Below are positions 23,619 through 33,188 of a DNA stretch of 64,000 nucleotides, in pieces. Below the pieces are notes generated by a model, which worked only from the letters and a program-made list of their open reading frames with translations, had not been told where the DNA came from and ran no database searches. The position numbers and the translations under genes were made by a program. The stretch spans positions 1 through 64,000 of IMG/VR virus record IMGVR_UViG_3300032237_000561. One strand, 5' to 3'. Positions within the stretch are counted from its first letter, which is position 1; the number at the start of each line of letters is the position of its first letter. The DNA is from a virus. Its lineage: Duplodnaviria > Caudoviricetes.

Positions 23619-23650
23619 CACTCCCCGGTGCCAGACCGCACCGGGGAGTG
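23619..23650 (+). terminator. 13-bp perfect stem-loop
   Basis: cactccccggtgc CAGACC gcaccggggagtg, intergenic, no U-tract. Confidence 0.6.
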
Positions 23651-23674
23651 GCTGCTGACCAAAGGAGGAGACAG

Positions 23675-24664
23675 GTGAGCACCAATTATCCAGCCGGGGT
23701 GGATCAGTTCAACGAACCCAGCCAGCCGGAGGTCACCTCGCTGTCTCAGGTCGGCGGTCAGCCCACGCCGGGCCGCAACCACGTCGAGCACCACCGGGAC
23801 CTCGGCGACGCGGTCCAGGCCCTCCAGACCCACGCGGCCCAGCGCGGCCACGACCATTCTGGCGACGGCAACGACACGGTCCGGGGCATCAAGCTGGCCC
23901 AGGCCAACACACACCAGAATGCCGACACCGACGGTTCGCTGACCGCGATCCATCACACTCTGGGCAGGCTCCCGTTTCAGGCCGCACCGGGCGACCATAC
24001 CCACGACTACGACGATGGGTCGATCACCAACGCCCCCTACATCCGGTGCACTTCCACCACCCGACCGGAAGACCCCACACCCGGTCTGGCGATCTACGAA
24101 ACCGATACCAACCGGATGCGGGTCTGGAACGATTTCGGCAACGGAAACGGCCTGCGGTGGAACATCCAGCCCGCCGCGAATATCCCGATAGTTCGACTGT
24201 CTCAGGCCACCACCCAGCGGATCACCACCGATGGCACCGCTATCCAGTGGGCCAAGAATGTCGGTGACGAGGATGGTTTTGGATTCTTCAGCTCCTCGGC
24301 CAACACCAAGATCAAGGTGACCGAGCCGGGGGTCTACCAGATCGACCTGGCCGTGCAGTGGGGTACACAATTCCTCCCCGAGGTGTGCACTGTAGTGGTC
24401 TGCGTCGGCAACCAGGAGACCGTGTTGCGTCATTCGATCTTCCAGCCGCCCAGCATCTTGTCGGCACTGGGCGCGGTGATTGACTCCGACTATTCCGTCA
24501 CCGTCCCGGTCTCGGGAAAATTGCGCCTGGCCGTGAATCAAGAGGTGTCGGTCAAGGCCCGCTACTCCGGCATCATCCCGGTAATCGGGACCTTTATCAA
24601 CACCTATCTCGATGCGCCTTCGAATGTGAAGTCGCGTATCGAGATGCACTACGTGGGACCATGA
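23675..24664 (+). CDS. Virion fibre/collar protein with C1q-like C-terminal domain
   Basis: GTG after AAGGAGGAG; TNYP..VD N-terminus, HxH motifs, IYETDT..RVW and VTEPGVYQI beta-sandwich. Confidence 0.65.
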   Translation: MSTNYPAGVDQFNEPSQPEVTSLSQVGGQPTPGRNHVEHHRDLGDAVQALQTHAAQRGHDHSGDGNDTVRGIKLAQANTHQNADTDGSLTAIHHTLGRLPFQAAPGDHTHDYDDGSITNAPYIRCTSTTRPEDPTPGLAIYETDTNRMRVWNDFGNGNGLRWNIQPAANIPIVRLSQATTQRITTDGTAIQWAKNVGDEDGFGFFSSSANTKIKVTEPGVYQIDLAVQWGTQFLPEVCTVVVCVGNQETVLRHSIFQPPSILSALGAVIDSDYSVTVPVSGKLRLAVNQEVSVKARYSGIIPVIGTFINTYLDAPSNVKSRIEMHYVGP

Positions 24665-24677
24665 CCCAAGGAGAGCC

Positions 24678-25670
24678 ATGACCGAACCGATCTATGGCCC
24701 CGAGGTCTACAGTCAGAAACTCGTCAGCCACGCCAAGGCCCGCAAGTTCGTTTCCCAGAACGGACGCGGGTACCTTTCTATTGGCATCGTCGACCGCGAC
24801 AACAAGGCGGTCGACCCCGACACCGATACCATTGCCCTGAAGGTCTGGCTCGATGCCCTGGACAACTCGACCGCCGATCCGCGCGGGACCAAGATCATCG
24901 ACGTAGATCACACCGACATTATCCGCGACGACAAGGGCATGTTCCGGTACGACATCGGACCGGAACACACCGGCCAGCGGGGTCTTCTGACGGTGGAGTG
25001 GTCGTATTCCGTTGGGGAAACAAACTTTACGTTTCAGGACGATATGCAAATTCTGGAGCAGATGCCCAACTACGAGGCACTCAACGACAAGACCAAGCTG
25101 ATGGTCGAGCAGGCCAGCTGGTTCTTCGCCGACCTCTTTGATTCGACGACCGGCGGGCCGTGGCTCAACGAGAACTTCCAGACTCACTTCACCTATGACC
25201 GCATGGCGTTCCTGCTGCGGATGGCGACGATGAAGTTCAACGTCTTGGGCTACCCGGTCACACAGTTCGGGGTCCTGACCGGCGATAAGGCGATCCCGGA
25301 CAACTACACCGATCTCCTGCTGTGGGGGACCAAGCTCGAAGCGATGCGGCACCTCATCACCAGCTACACCGAGATACCGGACTTCCGTAACATCGCGACG
25401 ACCTACACCGACCGACGTGACTACATGCAGCGGTGGCAGGCGGTACTAGCCGACGAGAAGCCGGACTACGAGAAGGCCGTCAAGATGAGTAAACGGTCTT
25501 TGCTCAAGCTGGGCCGTGGTTCGCTGTTGGTCGCTGGTGGTATCTACGGCGGCAGTGCCCGCAGCATGTACATCCCCGGCCTCTTCACGGCAATGACCCG
25601 CTCCATGCGGTTCTACCCGGCTGCCCCCAGCGTGAGTTGGGGTGCACAGGCGTTTGGACAACCCTGGTGA
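24678..25670 (+). CDS. Head-to-tail adaptor (neck) protein, putative
   Basis: 330 aa; N-terminal Ig-like part and helical C-terminus; position between head and tail genes. Confidence 0.55.
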   Translation: MTEPIYGPEVYSQKLVSHAKARKFVSQNGRGYLSIGIVDRDNKAVDPDTDTIALKVWLDALDNSTADPRGTKIIDVDHTDIIRDDKGMFRYDIGPEHTGQRGLLTVEWSYSVGETNFTFQDDMQILEQMPNYEALNDKTKLMVEQASWFFADLFDSTTGGPWLNENFQTHFTYDRMAFLLRMATMKFNVLGYPVTQFGVLTGDKAIPDNYTDLLLWGTKLEAMRHLITSYTEIPDFRNIATTYTDRRDYMQRWQAVLADEKPDYEKAVKMSKRSLLKLGRGSLLVAGGIYGGSARSMYIPGLFTAMTRSMRFYPAAPSVSWGAQAFGQPW

Positions 25671-26188
25671 GCCGCCACCTGATGGCACGGTTCCGGCATC
25701 TTGCGTCCACGCCCGGCCTGAACTGGCAGCATGGCGTGGCTTTTCCCCACACCACAGAATGGTTTGGTGATGCCGCAAAAGACGCTTTGACCGACCCGGC
25801 TCGAAATCCCGACCACTATAATCCTGCGAATAATTCAGTCGCTTTTGCAGATCATGGCGAACAACGCTACGGCCTGGAAGTCATGCCTCATCAGCCTTGG
25901 AAGGATTCGCCGCCGGGATGGTCGTGGACAATCCAGAAACAAAACGGACCGGATGCCAGCAACCCGGACCACTGGGGATACTACTTTCACTTGCAGCGGG
26001 AGCATGGCCCGAGTTCCGCCAACCCTTCAGGGGCTAACTACTCTGGCGGTGCAAACAACAGCACCCGAGAAGAGGCGATGGCCGACGCGGAACATAACTT
26101 GCAGAAGCATCTCAATCACCTAAACGGCCAGCGTCCAAATATCGGCGAGTACGACATCAACGACATCATGCGCGGTGAAGGTTTCTGA
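25667..26188 (+). CDS. Hypothetical W-rich protein, resembles 26963-27364
   Basis: GTGA overlap with upstream stop; begins MSRHLMARFRHLA; contains WSWTI...TREEAMADAE. Confidence 0.6.
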   Translation: MSRHLMARFRHLASTPGLNWQHGVAFPHTTEWFGDAAKDALTDPARNPDHYNPANNSVAFADHGEQRYGLEVMPHQPWKDSPPGWSWTIQKQNGPDASNPDHWGYYFHLQREHGPSSANPSGANYSGGANNSTREEAMADAEHNLQKHLNHLNGQRPNIGEYDINDIMRGEGF

Positions 26189-26784
26189 TGCCCCGCGTTG
26201 ATCTCCCCGAGCCGTATTCGATCCGGCTGGCCCGCCAGTCGGTGCGCGACTCCCTCATGTCGCACGGCGAAGAGTGCGTCCTCCTGCACATGTATCACGC
26301 CAACGAGGTACAAGACACCCACCCCCGGTGTCCGATCTGCTTTGACGACATCTACAAGCAGGGCAGTAAGTACGACTGTTCCCGTTGCTACGGAACGACT
26401 TTCGACGGCGGGGTCATGCACTCTTACCGGGCGTGGGCGATCTTCACTGACGCGACCGATGCCGAGACCTTCGGTAAGCGTGGTCTCTGGCATCCCATCG
26501 CCAGCTCGGTCCAGACTGAGCACCTCCCCGACCTCTGGCAGCGCGACTACATCATCCGGGTCGCCCGCTGGACCTCCGACCACCGGGTCGCCGAGGTCGA
26601 CGGTATCTACGTCCTGAAGCAGGTCGTTAACGAGAGCCTGCGGACCGGGGCGATGCACGCCCAGACGGTCTACGACACCATCGGCCAGCGGACCGATGTG
26701 TCGTTGATCGCCGACAACATGCCGATCAACCTGTTTCCGGTCAAGGGTGTCCGGTTCGACCGCTTCGACGGGAGGCCGCGCTGA
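26188..26784 (+). CDS. Head-closure/neck protein with Zn-finger insertion, putative
   Basis: CPIC...CSRCYGT.F.GG motif and position in the neck gene block. Confidence 0.6.
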   Translation: MPRVDLPEPYSIRLARQSVRDSLMSHGEECVLLHMYHANEVQDTHPRCPICFDDIYKQGSKYDCSRCYGTTFDGGVMHSYRAWAIFTDATDAETFGKRGLWHPIASSVQTEHLPDLWQRDYIIRVARWTSDHRVAEVDGIYVLKQVVNESLRTGAMHAQTVYDTIGQRTDVSLIADNMPINLFPVKGVRFDRFDGRPR

Positions 26785-26966
26785 TGGCAAGACCCACTAT
26801 CGCCCGGATCACCCTGGAGCGGGACATCACCGAATCTTTCCTTCGTCTTAGGCTGGCACGCGCCGAGCGTGACCGCAAAGAGGCCGAGGCGCACGAGGAG
26901 CGGCTGAACCGGCTGCTGGAGGGGATGCTGCGCGACGCGGCCCCGGTCGAGGAGATGGCTTCATGA
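26784..26966 (+). CDS. Small helical hypothetical protein
   Basis: Coupled on both sides (TGATG, ATGA). Confidence 0.6.
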   Translation: MARPTIARITLERDITESFLRLRLARAERDRKEAEAHEERLNRLLEGMLRDAAPVEEMAS

Positions 26967-27364
26967 GGATCGTTAGCGCACGCGAGCAGGTGCAGCTCCT
27001 GGCTGCCTGGCGGCGTACCGCCGGTTGGGCTGACTGGAAAGTCACCAATGAATACCCCGAACACGGTGGTGGCGCGCGGGATGAGGAAGCCAGGTTAGAA
27101 AACGGACACACCCTCGGAATTGGCAGCGGAAACTGGAACTCCAACGGACCACCCTGGCGGTGGCATTGGCACATCAGCGATGCCAACGACGAGTATGTGA
27201 CCGGCAGCGGCGAAGATAATCCTCCCGCTCACAGCCCGGAAGAGGCACGGCAGACAGCCGAACAGGCTTACGAGAAGATTTTCCCGGCAGGTAAGGCCAA
27301 CACCGGACCCCACGACTCCGGTGTGGACTACTCGGACCTGAACAAGTTCATGGAGGGTTCATGA
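26963..27364 (+). CDS. Leader-bearing protein 4; small W-rich domain
   Basis: N-terminus MRIVSAREQVQLLAAWRRTA; ATGA overlaps at both ends. Confidence 0.7.
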   Translation: MRIVSAREQVQLLAAWRRTAGWADWKVTNEYPEHGGGARDEEARLENGHTLGIGSGNWNSNGPPWRWHWHISDANDEYVTGSGEDNPPAHSPEEARQTAEQAYEKIFPAGKANTGPHDSGVDYSDLNKFMEGS

Positions 27365-27822
27365 CGAGAGTCGCTGTCCCTATTGCCCTTTCGGAGCTGA
27401 TCGCCCGCAAGGCTGTACAGAATGCCCGCCAGGATTTGGTCAAACGTAACTGGAAATCTGCCAGCGCGATTCATCCGTATTCGCAAGCAGGAAAAGTCGG
27501 CATCACTTCCACCGTCAACTATCTGCTTATTCAGAACCGGGGATTCAAGCCTTTCGTCATGTGGTGGGTCAAGAACCGGACGGTCCCGTTGGGATGCCCT
27601 CAAGGTGATGGACCGCACTTCCGTTTCGGCAACCCCGCCTCGGTCGGCGAACCTGGCGAGGTCGACATCCCGCACAAGGGCAAAGTGTGGCGCGCTAAGA
27701 GATGGCAGCATCCTGGCCTCACGCCAAAGAAATTCATGGAGACCGCGATCAGCCGAGCGATCAAAGACTCCCGTAAAGAAATCCAGAAATCGGTGATGGA
27801 CAACCTGCGGGGTGGCGCATGA
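27361..27822 (+). CDS. Basic neck/tail-completion protein (HK97 gp10-like), putative
   Basis: Basic 153 aa with HPG..PKKFMETAI motif; position before the terminator and sheath genes. Confidence 0.55.
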   Translation: MTRVAVPIALSELIARKAVQNARQDLVKRNWKSASAIHPYSQAGKVGITSTVNYLLIQNRGFKPFVMWWVKNRTVPLGCPQGDGPHFRFGNPASVGEPGEVDIPHKGKVWRAKRWQHPGLTPKKFMETAISRAIKDSRKEIQKSVMDNLRGGA

Positions 27823-28568
27823 CCGGCTGGCTTGACAACGAGACCCGGCCCGACCCGGCCCAGAGGGAAAACACCCCGTTCCCTGGCGCGGGCGGCTCCG
27901 GCATGATTGAGACCGTCAAGCGGGCGGTGATGAATGCCCTGCGCGAGGCTCTCACCGGGACCACCCTGAATCAGATGGTCAACGGGACCGATGTGACCAT
28001 CGACATGGAGTACCCCATCGAGAAGGAGAGCTACCCCGGCATCTGGGTCCAGTTCTCCTTCAACGAGATCGTCCAGGCCGGAATCGGCCACGAGCCGCTG
28101 ATCCGCAACGTCCTGGCCGAAGCCACCCCGACCAGCCCCGAGGTAGTCAACTGGGAGACCATCCGGGAATTCCAGTTCAAGGGCCGGGTCACCCTCACCA
28201 TCGTTGCCCTGACCTCGCTGGAACGCGACCGCCTGGCCGATGTGGTGATCACCATGTTGGCCTTTTCTCGGACCCCCAATACGGTCCTCACCGAACCCAC
28301 CAAGGACACCAAGCAGCTCCGGCAGTTGATCAGCAGCCTGGCCGAGAACCCGTATGTGTCGATGACCATCAACCACGATCAGGTCATCCCCGGAGGGCAG
28401 GCGATGACCACCGGGGTCCCGTGGGACGAGGAGATTCCCGGCTACGAGGACTCCTACAGCTTTGACATCCTGGGCCAGACCAACATCGTCTTCCACAACG
28501 ATGGCACCTACACCCTGAGAAACGTGGCACAGACCCCGGTCGTGGTAAGCCGCTACGACTGGCAGTGA
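27819..28568 (+). CDS. Tail terminator/completion protein, putative
   Basis: YP.I.VQ and IVALTSLERDRLAD motifs; directly upstream of the sheath gene. Confidence 0.6.
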   Translation: MTGWLDNETRPDPAQRENTPFPGAGGSGMIETVKRAVMNALREALTGTTLNQMVNGTDVTIDMEYPIEKESYPGIWVQFSFNEIVQAGIGHEPLIRNVLAEATPTSPEVVNWETIREFQFKGRVTLTIVALTSLERDRLADVVITMLAFSRTPNTVLTEPTKDTKQLRQLISSLAENPYVSMTINHDQVIPGGQAMTTGVPWDEEIPGYEDSYSFDILGQTNIVFHNDGTYTLRNVAQTPVVVSRYDWQ

Positions 28569-28569
28569 C

Positions 28570-28608
28570 CCTGTGAAGGCTGCCACCCCCACCAATAAGA
28601 CGTAGAGG
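28570..28608 (+). promoter_or_regulatory. CCTGTG-N17-CAATAA motif upstream of the sheath gene
   Basis: Same upstream hexamer and spacing as the other copies; no clear anti-SD stem. Confidence 0.5.
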
Positions 28609-28629
28609 GCATGGAAAGGGACTTACCAG

Positions 28630-30345
28630 ATGGCCATCGACTTCACCACGTACAACCCGCCGGGAATTTACACCGAGTCGGTAGGCGGGCCACAGCTCGC
28701 CGTCCGTTCGACGGTGCCCACCGCTGTGGCCATCTTCGGCACCAGCGTGGGTTACAAGACCTACCGCGAAGCGGTCAAGATCAACTCCGACGCGGCGAAC
28801 ACCCCCGGCGGCGACGTGGTGCCGCAGAACAGCAAAGAACTGACCAAGGCGGGCATCAAGGTCCTCACCGACGAAGACGGGTTGATCCCCAGTCCTGTGG
28901 TCATTGTGGTCGCGGGCACCACGGTCGACCTCACGGCCCCCGGATCGTCATTGACCGGGGTCAAGCCCGACGGGACTTCCGGTGCGGTCACCCTCACCGC
29001 CGGTGACTTGATCTACCTGAACAACCAGACCCCTTCCACGCAGAACGGTCTCTACACCTGGAACCGGGCAGCCGACGATGAAGAAGACGGCGCGGCCCTG
29101 ACCGTCGTGGTGGACACCTTCAAGCTGCTCAACCCTGACACCGGCAAGGCTTACATTCGTGGCCTGGACTACCTGATTGTCAAGACCGACTCCGGTGCAG
29201 GCAACCTGAATACCACCCGCGACGACAAGTACGCCATCAGGCGAATCGACCGTGGTGCCACCGCAGGAATCCAAGAAGGCAAGTACGTCCAGGCTTTTTA
29301 TCGCTACACCAGCAAGGACTACCACGCCGTCCATGCTCTTTACGACTACGACGATGTCCGCGAACTCTACGGTGAGCCGTTTGATTCCAACGGCAATATC
29401 CTGTCCGAGATCACTCTCGCCGCGAAGTTCGCCTTCATCAACGGCGCGTCTACGGTCCTGACCTGTGCGATAGACCGCGAGACCTATCCTTCAGAGGCCC
29501 GAGCCTACGAAGAGGCCCTCAAGCTCTTCCGGGACGAGGACCAGATCGCCATCATCGTGCCCGGCACCGGTGACAGCTACATCTATGAGCTGGTCAAGGA
29601 GCACGTCAATAAGCAATCCGAGAACAAGTACGAGCGTCGTGCCCTCCTGGGAATCGACGGCTCGGTTAACTCGGTCGAGACCAGCATCCGTCAGGGCTAC
29701 GCCGAAACCCTATCCAGCTCGCGTATCGGTCTGATCACTCCGAGCCGGTTCGAATACTACGCACCGGAGCTGAGCGACAAGGTCATTCTGGGCGGTCAGT
29801 ACATGGCTGCGGCGGTGGCCGGGAAGAGCGTCTCCCAGATCGCCTCGATGCCGCTGACCCGTAAGGTCATCGACGGTTTCGTCGGTCCCGCCGAGTCGCC
29901 GATGCAGCGTGAGGGCGAGAAGGACCTGGAGACCCAGGCCGGTCTGATGGTCATCGAGAAGACCCGCCGCAACCAGGTCCAGGTCCGACACGGGGTCACC
30001 ACCGACTTCTCGGAGCTGCTGACCCGCGAGTGGTCAATCATCGGCCAGCAGGACGTGATGGTCTACCGAGTCCGGGACTTCCTCGACGCAGACGGCCTGA
30101 TCGGCATGCCGATCTACGACACGACCCTGATTCAGGTCAAGGCCAGCGCGGAAGCCGCCCTGCAGACCCTGATCCGGGACGGGATCATCGTCGGCTACCA
30201 GAACCTCAAGGTCCGCCAGATCGCGACTTTGCCAGACGTGATCGAGGTCCGGTACGAGTGGAAGCCCGCCTACCCGCTCAACTACATCGTTGTCCGGTAC
30301 AGCGTCGCCGTCATGACCGGCGACGTGACCATCACCAACGTCTAA
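28630..30345 (+). CDS. Contractile tail sheath protein
   Basis: N-terminal Y.PPGIYTE, AAAVAG..S..PLT.K, VRHGVTT and C-terminal YEWKPAYPLNYIVV sheath motifs. Confidence 0.9.
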   Translation: MAIDFTTYNPPGIYTESVGGPQLAVRSTVPTAVAIFGTSVGYKTYREAVKINSDAANTPGGDVVPQNSKELTKAGIKVLTDEDGLIPSPVVIVVAGTTVDLTAPGSSLTGVKPDGTSGAVTLTAGDLIYLNNQTPSTQNGLYTWNRAADDEEDGAALTVVVDTFKLLNPDTGKAYIRGLDYLIVKTDSGAGNLNTTRDDKYAIRRIDRGATAGIQEGKYVQAFYRYTSKDYHAVHALYDYDDVRELYGEPFDSNGNILSEITLAAKFAFINGASTVLTCAIDRETYPSEARAYEEALKLFRDEDQIAIIVPGTGDSYIYELVKEHVNKQSENKYERRALLGIDGSVNSVETSIRQGYAETLSSSRIGLITPSRFEYYAPELSDKVILGGQYMAAAVAGKSVSQIASMPLTRKVIDGFVGPAESPMQREGEKDLETQAGLMVIEKTRRNQVQVRHGVTTDFSELLTREWSIIGQQDVMVYRVRDFLDADGLIGMPIYDTTLIQVKASAEAALQTLIRDGIIVGYQNLKVRQIATLPDVIEVRYEWKPAYPLNYIVVRYSVAVMTGDVTITNV

Positions 30346-30392
30346 TCAGCAAACCAGAAATTACACATCTAATTCGAGGGAGGTGACCACCG

Positions 30393-30860
30393 GTGGAGTC
30401 AAAAACCAGAATTGGTGGAGCCGGATTTACCACCATGACCTTCCGGGGCACCAGGTTGGCCTACATGCAGACACTGCAGGACACCCCGCCCCAGCCGGTG
30501 GCCGGTGCTCAAGTCGTGCAGGCCATCGACGACGAGCAACCGCAGGAGATCGTCACCTCGCTGGCTGTCGGTGCTGGCACACTCCGCATGACCTTCTACG
30601 AATTGTGGAATGAGCCGGTCTGGTCACGTTTACCAGGGCTGGAAGGAACGAACAACCTTCTCGAAGTTCTGAAGCGGCAAATCCAGATGGGTGAGGTCTC
30701 CTGCCGGAAGCTGATCAAGTCCCCGTCCGGGATCATCCGCGCCCGCGTCTACCACGGGTGTGTCCTGACCGACATCGACGAAGGCGAGCAGCTCAACATC
30801 GGGACGATGACATTGCCCAAAACGATAACAATGCAATATATCAAGACCACTATCGTCTAG
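30393..30860 (+). CDS. Tail tube protein
   Basis: 155 aa directly after the sheath; EIV....GTL....ELW and YHGCV motifs. Confidence 0.8.
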   Translation: MESKTRIGGAGFTTMTFRGTRLAYMQTLQDTPPQPVAGAQVVQAIDDEQPQEIVTSLAVGAGTLRMTFYELWNEPVWSRLPGLEGTNNLLEVLKRQIQMGEVSCRKLIKSPSGIIRARVYHGCVLTDIDEGEQLNIGTMTLPKTITMQYIKTTIV

Positions 30861-30869
30861 GAGTCTGCT

Positions 30870-32234
30870 GTGTCTATGCCCATCCAACGCCAGAGCGAAC
30901 AGTATGGCGCGTTCGACAGCGGCCCGCGCTGGGAGCGGGACCGGGGCAGTCATGACCTCCCCAAGGGTTTAGCTGGTTTGATGAACAGCATGGGGCCGAG
31001 CATCCAGGCCGGTTTGCTGAACACCCGACTGGCGGTCAACACCGAAGGCATGGACCCTGACAGCCACGCCTACCACACCGAGCTTCCGGTCAACGGCCCC
31101 GCGCCTGGCCGGATATACAACCCCGACTTCCGCGAGTACGAGCCGTCCGAACAGGACGAGCGCGACCAGGAGGGCGTGGCCGAGGACGACGAGTCGGGCT
31201 ACAACTGGGGACCCGATCCCCGCCGTGCGAGCCGCCACCCTTTTGACCGTACCGCCGGGGCGTGGCAGGACCTGATTGACAAAGACAGCCCCGGCCCCTT
31301 TGACGGCGAAAACCCCGAAGATTTCTTCACCAACTGGTTGGAGCGTGGCGGCGAAGAAGAGCACCGCCACCAAAAAGAGTCCGGTCGAATTAATGACTTT
31401 ATGCGGGGCAGTCACACCCCCGACCACGAGGTGCCGTGGGAAGAGACCGACGAGGGCTGGCATCATCCCGCGACCGGACAGAAAATCGTCCCCTCCGACG
31501 ACACTCCCGGTCACTGGCAGCTGACCTCTCCGACTGTCGGTGACCGTGGTATGGCCAAGATTCGGGCACCGCACGCCGACCCGCAGGCGATCATGGACTG
31601 GCAGAAATATCAGATGGGCGGTCCGGCACCCGAGGGCCACAAGCCGCAATTCCGCGACCACATTTTCCCGCCGAACCCGATCCCATCACGTCAGTCAGGT
31701 CTGTTTCGCAACGCCGGATGCGAAACCTGTGGCGTTCCCGTCTACCACATTTCTGGCACCGGCTGGGTCCATGCCGACGACGACGACAAAGACGGCGAAG
31801 AACACGACGAGGACCACCAGGCCGAGCCGGACCACGACGATGACCTCGGTCTGGGTTTGTCGTCGATGAACGCCGAACACGAACGGCGTGAGCTGCAGGG
31901 GCGGATCAGCGAGCCGGACGTGCATGTCCATCGTAATGAGCCGGATACCGAAGACTGGGAGAACGGCTACAAGGTCGAGCACAACGACCCCCGGTATCAC
32001 CGGTACGAACCCGACATGGAGCGCGAGGGTCGCCGTACCGCTGCCGGTGAGGCTCCCGCCCCTGTACAGGCACCTCAGGGTGGCGGCTACCAGATCGGTC
32101 ACCGGATCGGTCTGGACTGGCGGGACAAAGTAATCCCCGGCACCGTCATCGGCCTTGACGGCCCGAGTGTCAAAATCCGTTGGGACGACAAACAGTATTC
32201 CACCGAGGAGCCTCGTAATATCCGACTCCTCTAG
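30870..32234 (+). CDS. Acidic/His-rich modular protein with R-x-A junctions and SH3-like C-terminus
   Basis: Segments separated by RLA, RTA, RNA and RTA; CETC motif; C-terminal IG.RI...GTVIG...V.IRWDD. Confidence 0.65.
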   Translation: MSMPIQRQSEQYGAFDSGPRWERDRGSHDLPKGLAGLMNSMGPSIQAGLLNTRLAVNTEGMDPDSHAYHTELPVNGPAPGRIYNPDFREYEPSEQDERDQEGVAEDDESGYNWGPDPRRASRHPFDRTAGAWQDLIDKDSPGPFDGENPEDFFTNWLERGGEEEHRHQKESGRINDFMRGSHTPDHEVPWEETDEGWHHPATGQKIVPSDDTPGHWQLTSPTVGDRGMAKIRAPHADPQAIMDWQKYQMGGPAPEGHKPQFRDHIFPPNPIPSRQSGLFRNAGCETCGVPVYHISGTGWVHADDDDKDGEEHDEDHQAEPDHDDDLGLGLSSMNAEHERRELQGRISEPDVHVHRNEPDTEDWENGYKVEHNDPRYHRYEPDMEREGRRTAAGEAPAPVQAPQGGGYQIGHRIGLDWRDKVIPGTVIGLDGPSVKIRWDDKQYSTEEPRNIRLL

Positions 32235-32252
32235 TCACAGAAAGAACAGTTC

Positions 32253-32822
32253 ATGACCCCTAGTGCAGACCCCCGAGTAGAAGAAGATGCCCCCATCGAC
32301 CCCTCGGTCGATCCTGAAATCGTGCCACCCACAGCACCCGCTCCGGCCCGCCGCGTCGTCGCCGACGATTCTGTCCTTGATGAGGAAGAGACACCTCGAC
32401 CCGAGCCGGTGGAGGTTACTGAACTGTCCCCTCAGGAGAGGCTCGATTTCGCCTCTCTGATGACCTGTGGCCGACGTTCCAAGACCATCACGGTCATGGG
32501 CCACCCGGTAGTCATTCAGACCCTCACCGCCGCCGATGAGATGCGGATCGGGCTATTCACCAAGACCTACCTGGAATCCCAGATGGGCTTCCAGCGCGCC
32601 TACCAGGTAGCCGTCTGCGCCGCCGGGGTCCGCGAGGTCCAGGGCCAGCCTTTGTTCACCTCACTACGCGAGGTCACCAGTGAAGACGAGATTTTCGACA
32701 AGAGTGCCGAGGAGATACGGAAGTTCTATCCCATCGTGATCTCTCAGATTTACCAGGGGATCATGGACCTGGAGCGTGAATTTGCGGAGCTGGCGATCAA
32801 ACTGGGAAAACTGTCCGGCTAG
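32253..32822 (+). CDS. Tail assembly chaperone (G-like)
   Basis: Precedes the tape measure gene; slippery GGGAAAA at 32804-32810 just before the stop. Confidence 0.85.
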   Translation: MTPSADPRVEEDAPIDPSVDPEIVPPTAPAPARRVVADDSVLDEEETPRPEPVEVTELSPQERLDFASLMTCGRRSKTITVMGHPVVIQTLTAADEMRIGLFTKTYLESQMGFQRAYQVAVCAAGVREVQGQPLFTSLREVTSEDEIFDKSAEEIRKFYPIVISQIYQGIMDLEREFAELAIKLGKLSG

Positions 32823-33187
32823 ACGATTACTCGGAGTCCGAGATACGTCTAGCCTTCCACCAGGGGCTGCTCAGCCAGCGCGACCTCAATGCCTTCCAGA
32901 AGTGGGCCTTGCGCTACGCCATCGACATGAACCGACGTATCCAGCTGCAGGACACCGAGGACACGTTGCAGAGGCAGACCTGGTACCTGGAGCCGGGACG
33001 CTACCAGGAGCTGTTCCTGGCCGGTGCCTTCAGTCCAGAACCTCTCACCATTGCCGGGAGGGATGTAGAAGAAGTAGTAGACGATGTCGATGAGCTGGAC
33101 GCTTACTTTGAACAGCTGGAGAACCGGCGGACTATGACCGGGGCACAGGTGTTCGACACAGGGGCCGAGAACCAAGGATGGGTGTGA
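32253..33187 (+). CDS. Tail assembly chaperone, -1 frameshift product (GT-like)
   Basis: The -1 frame from 32810 (act gtc cgg cta ...) is open and joins ORF 32909-33187. Confidence 0.85.
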
Positions 33188-33188
33188 C

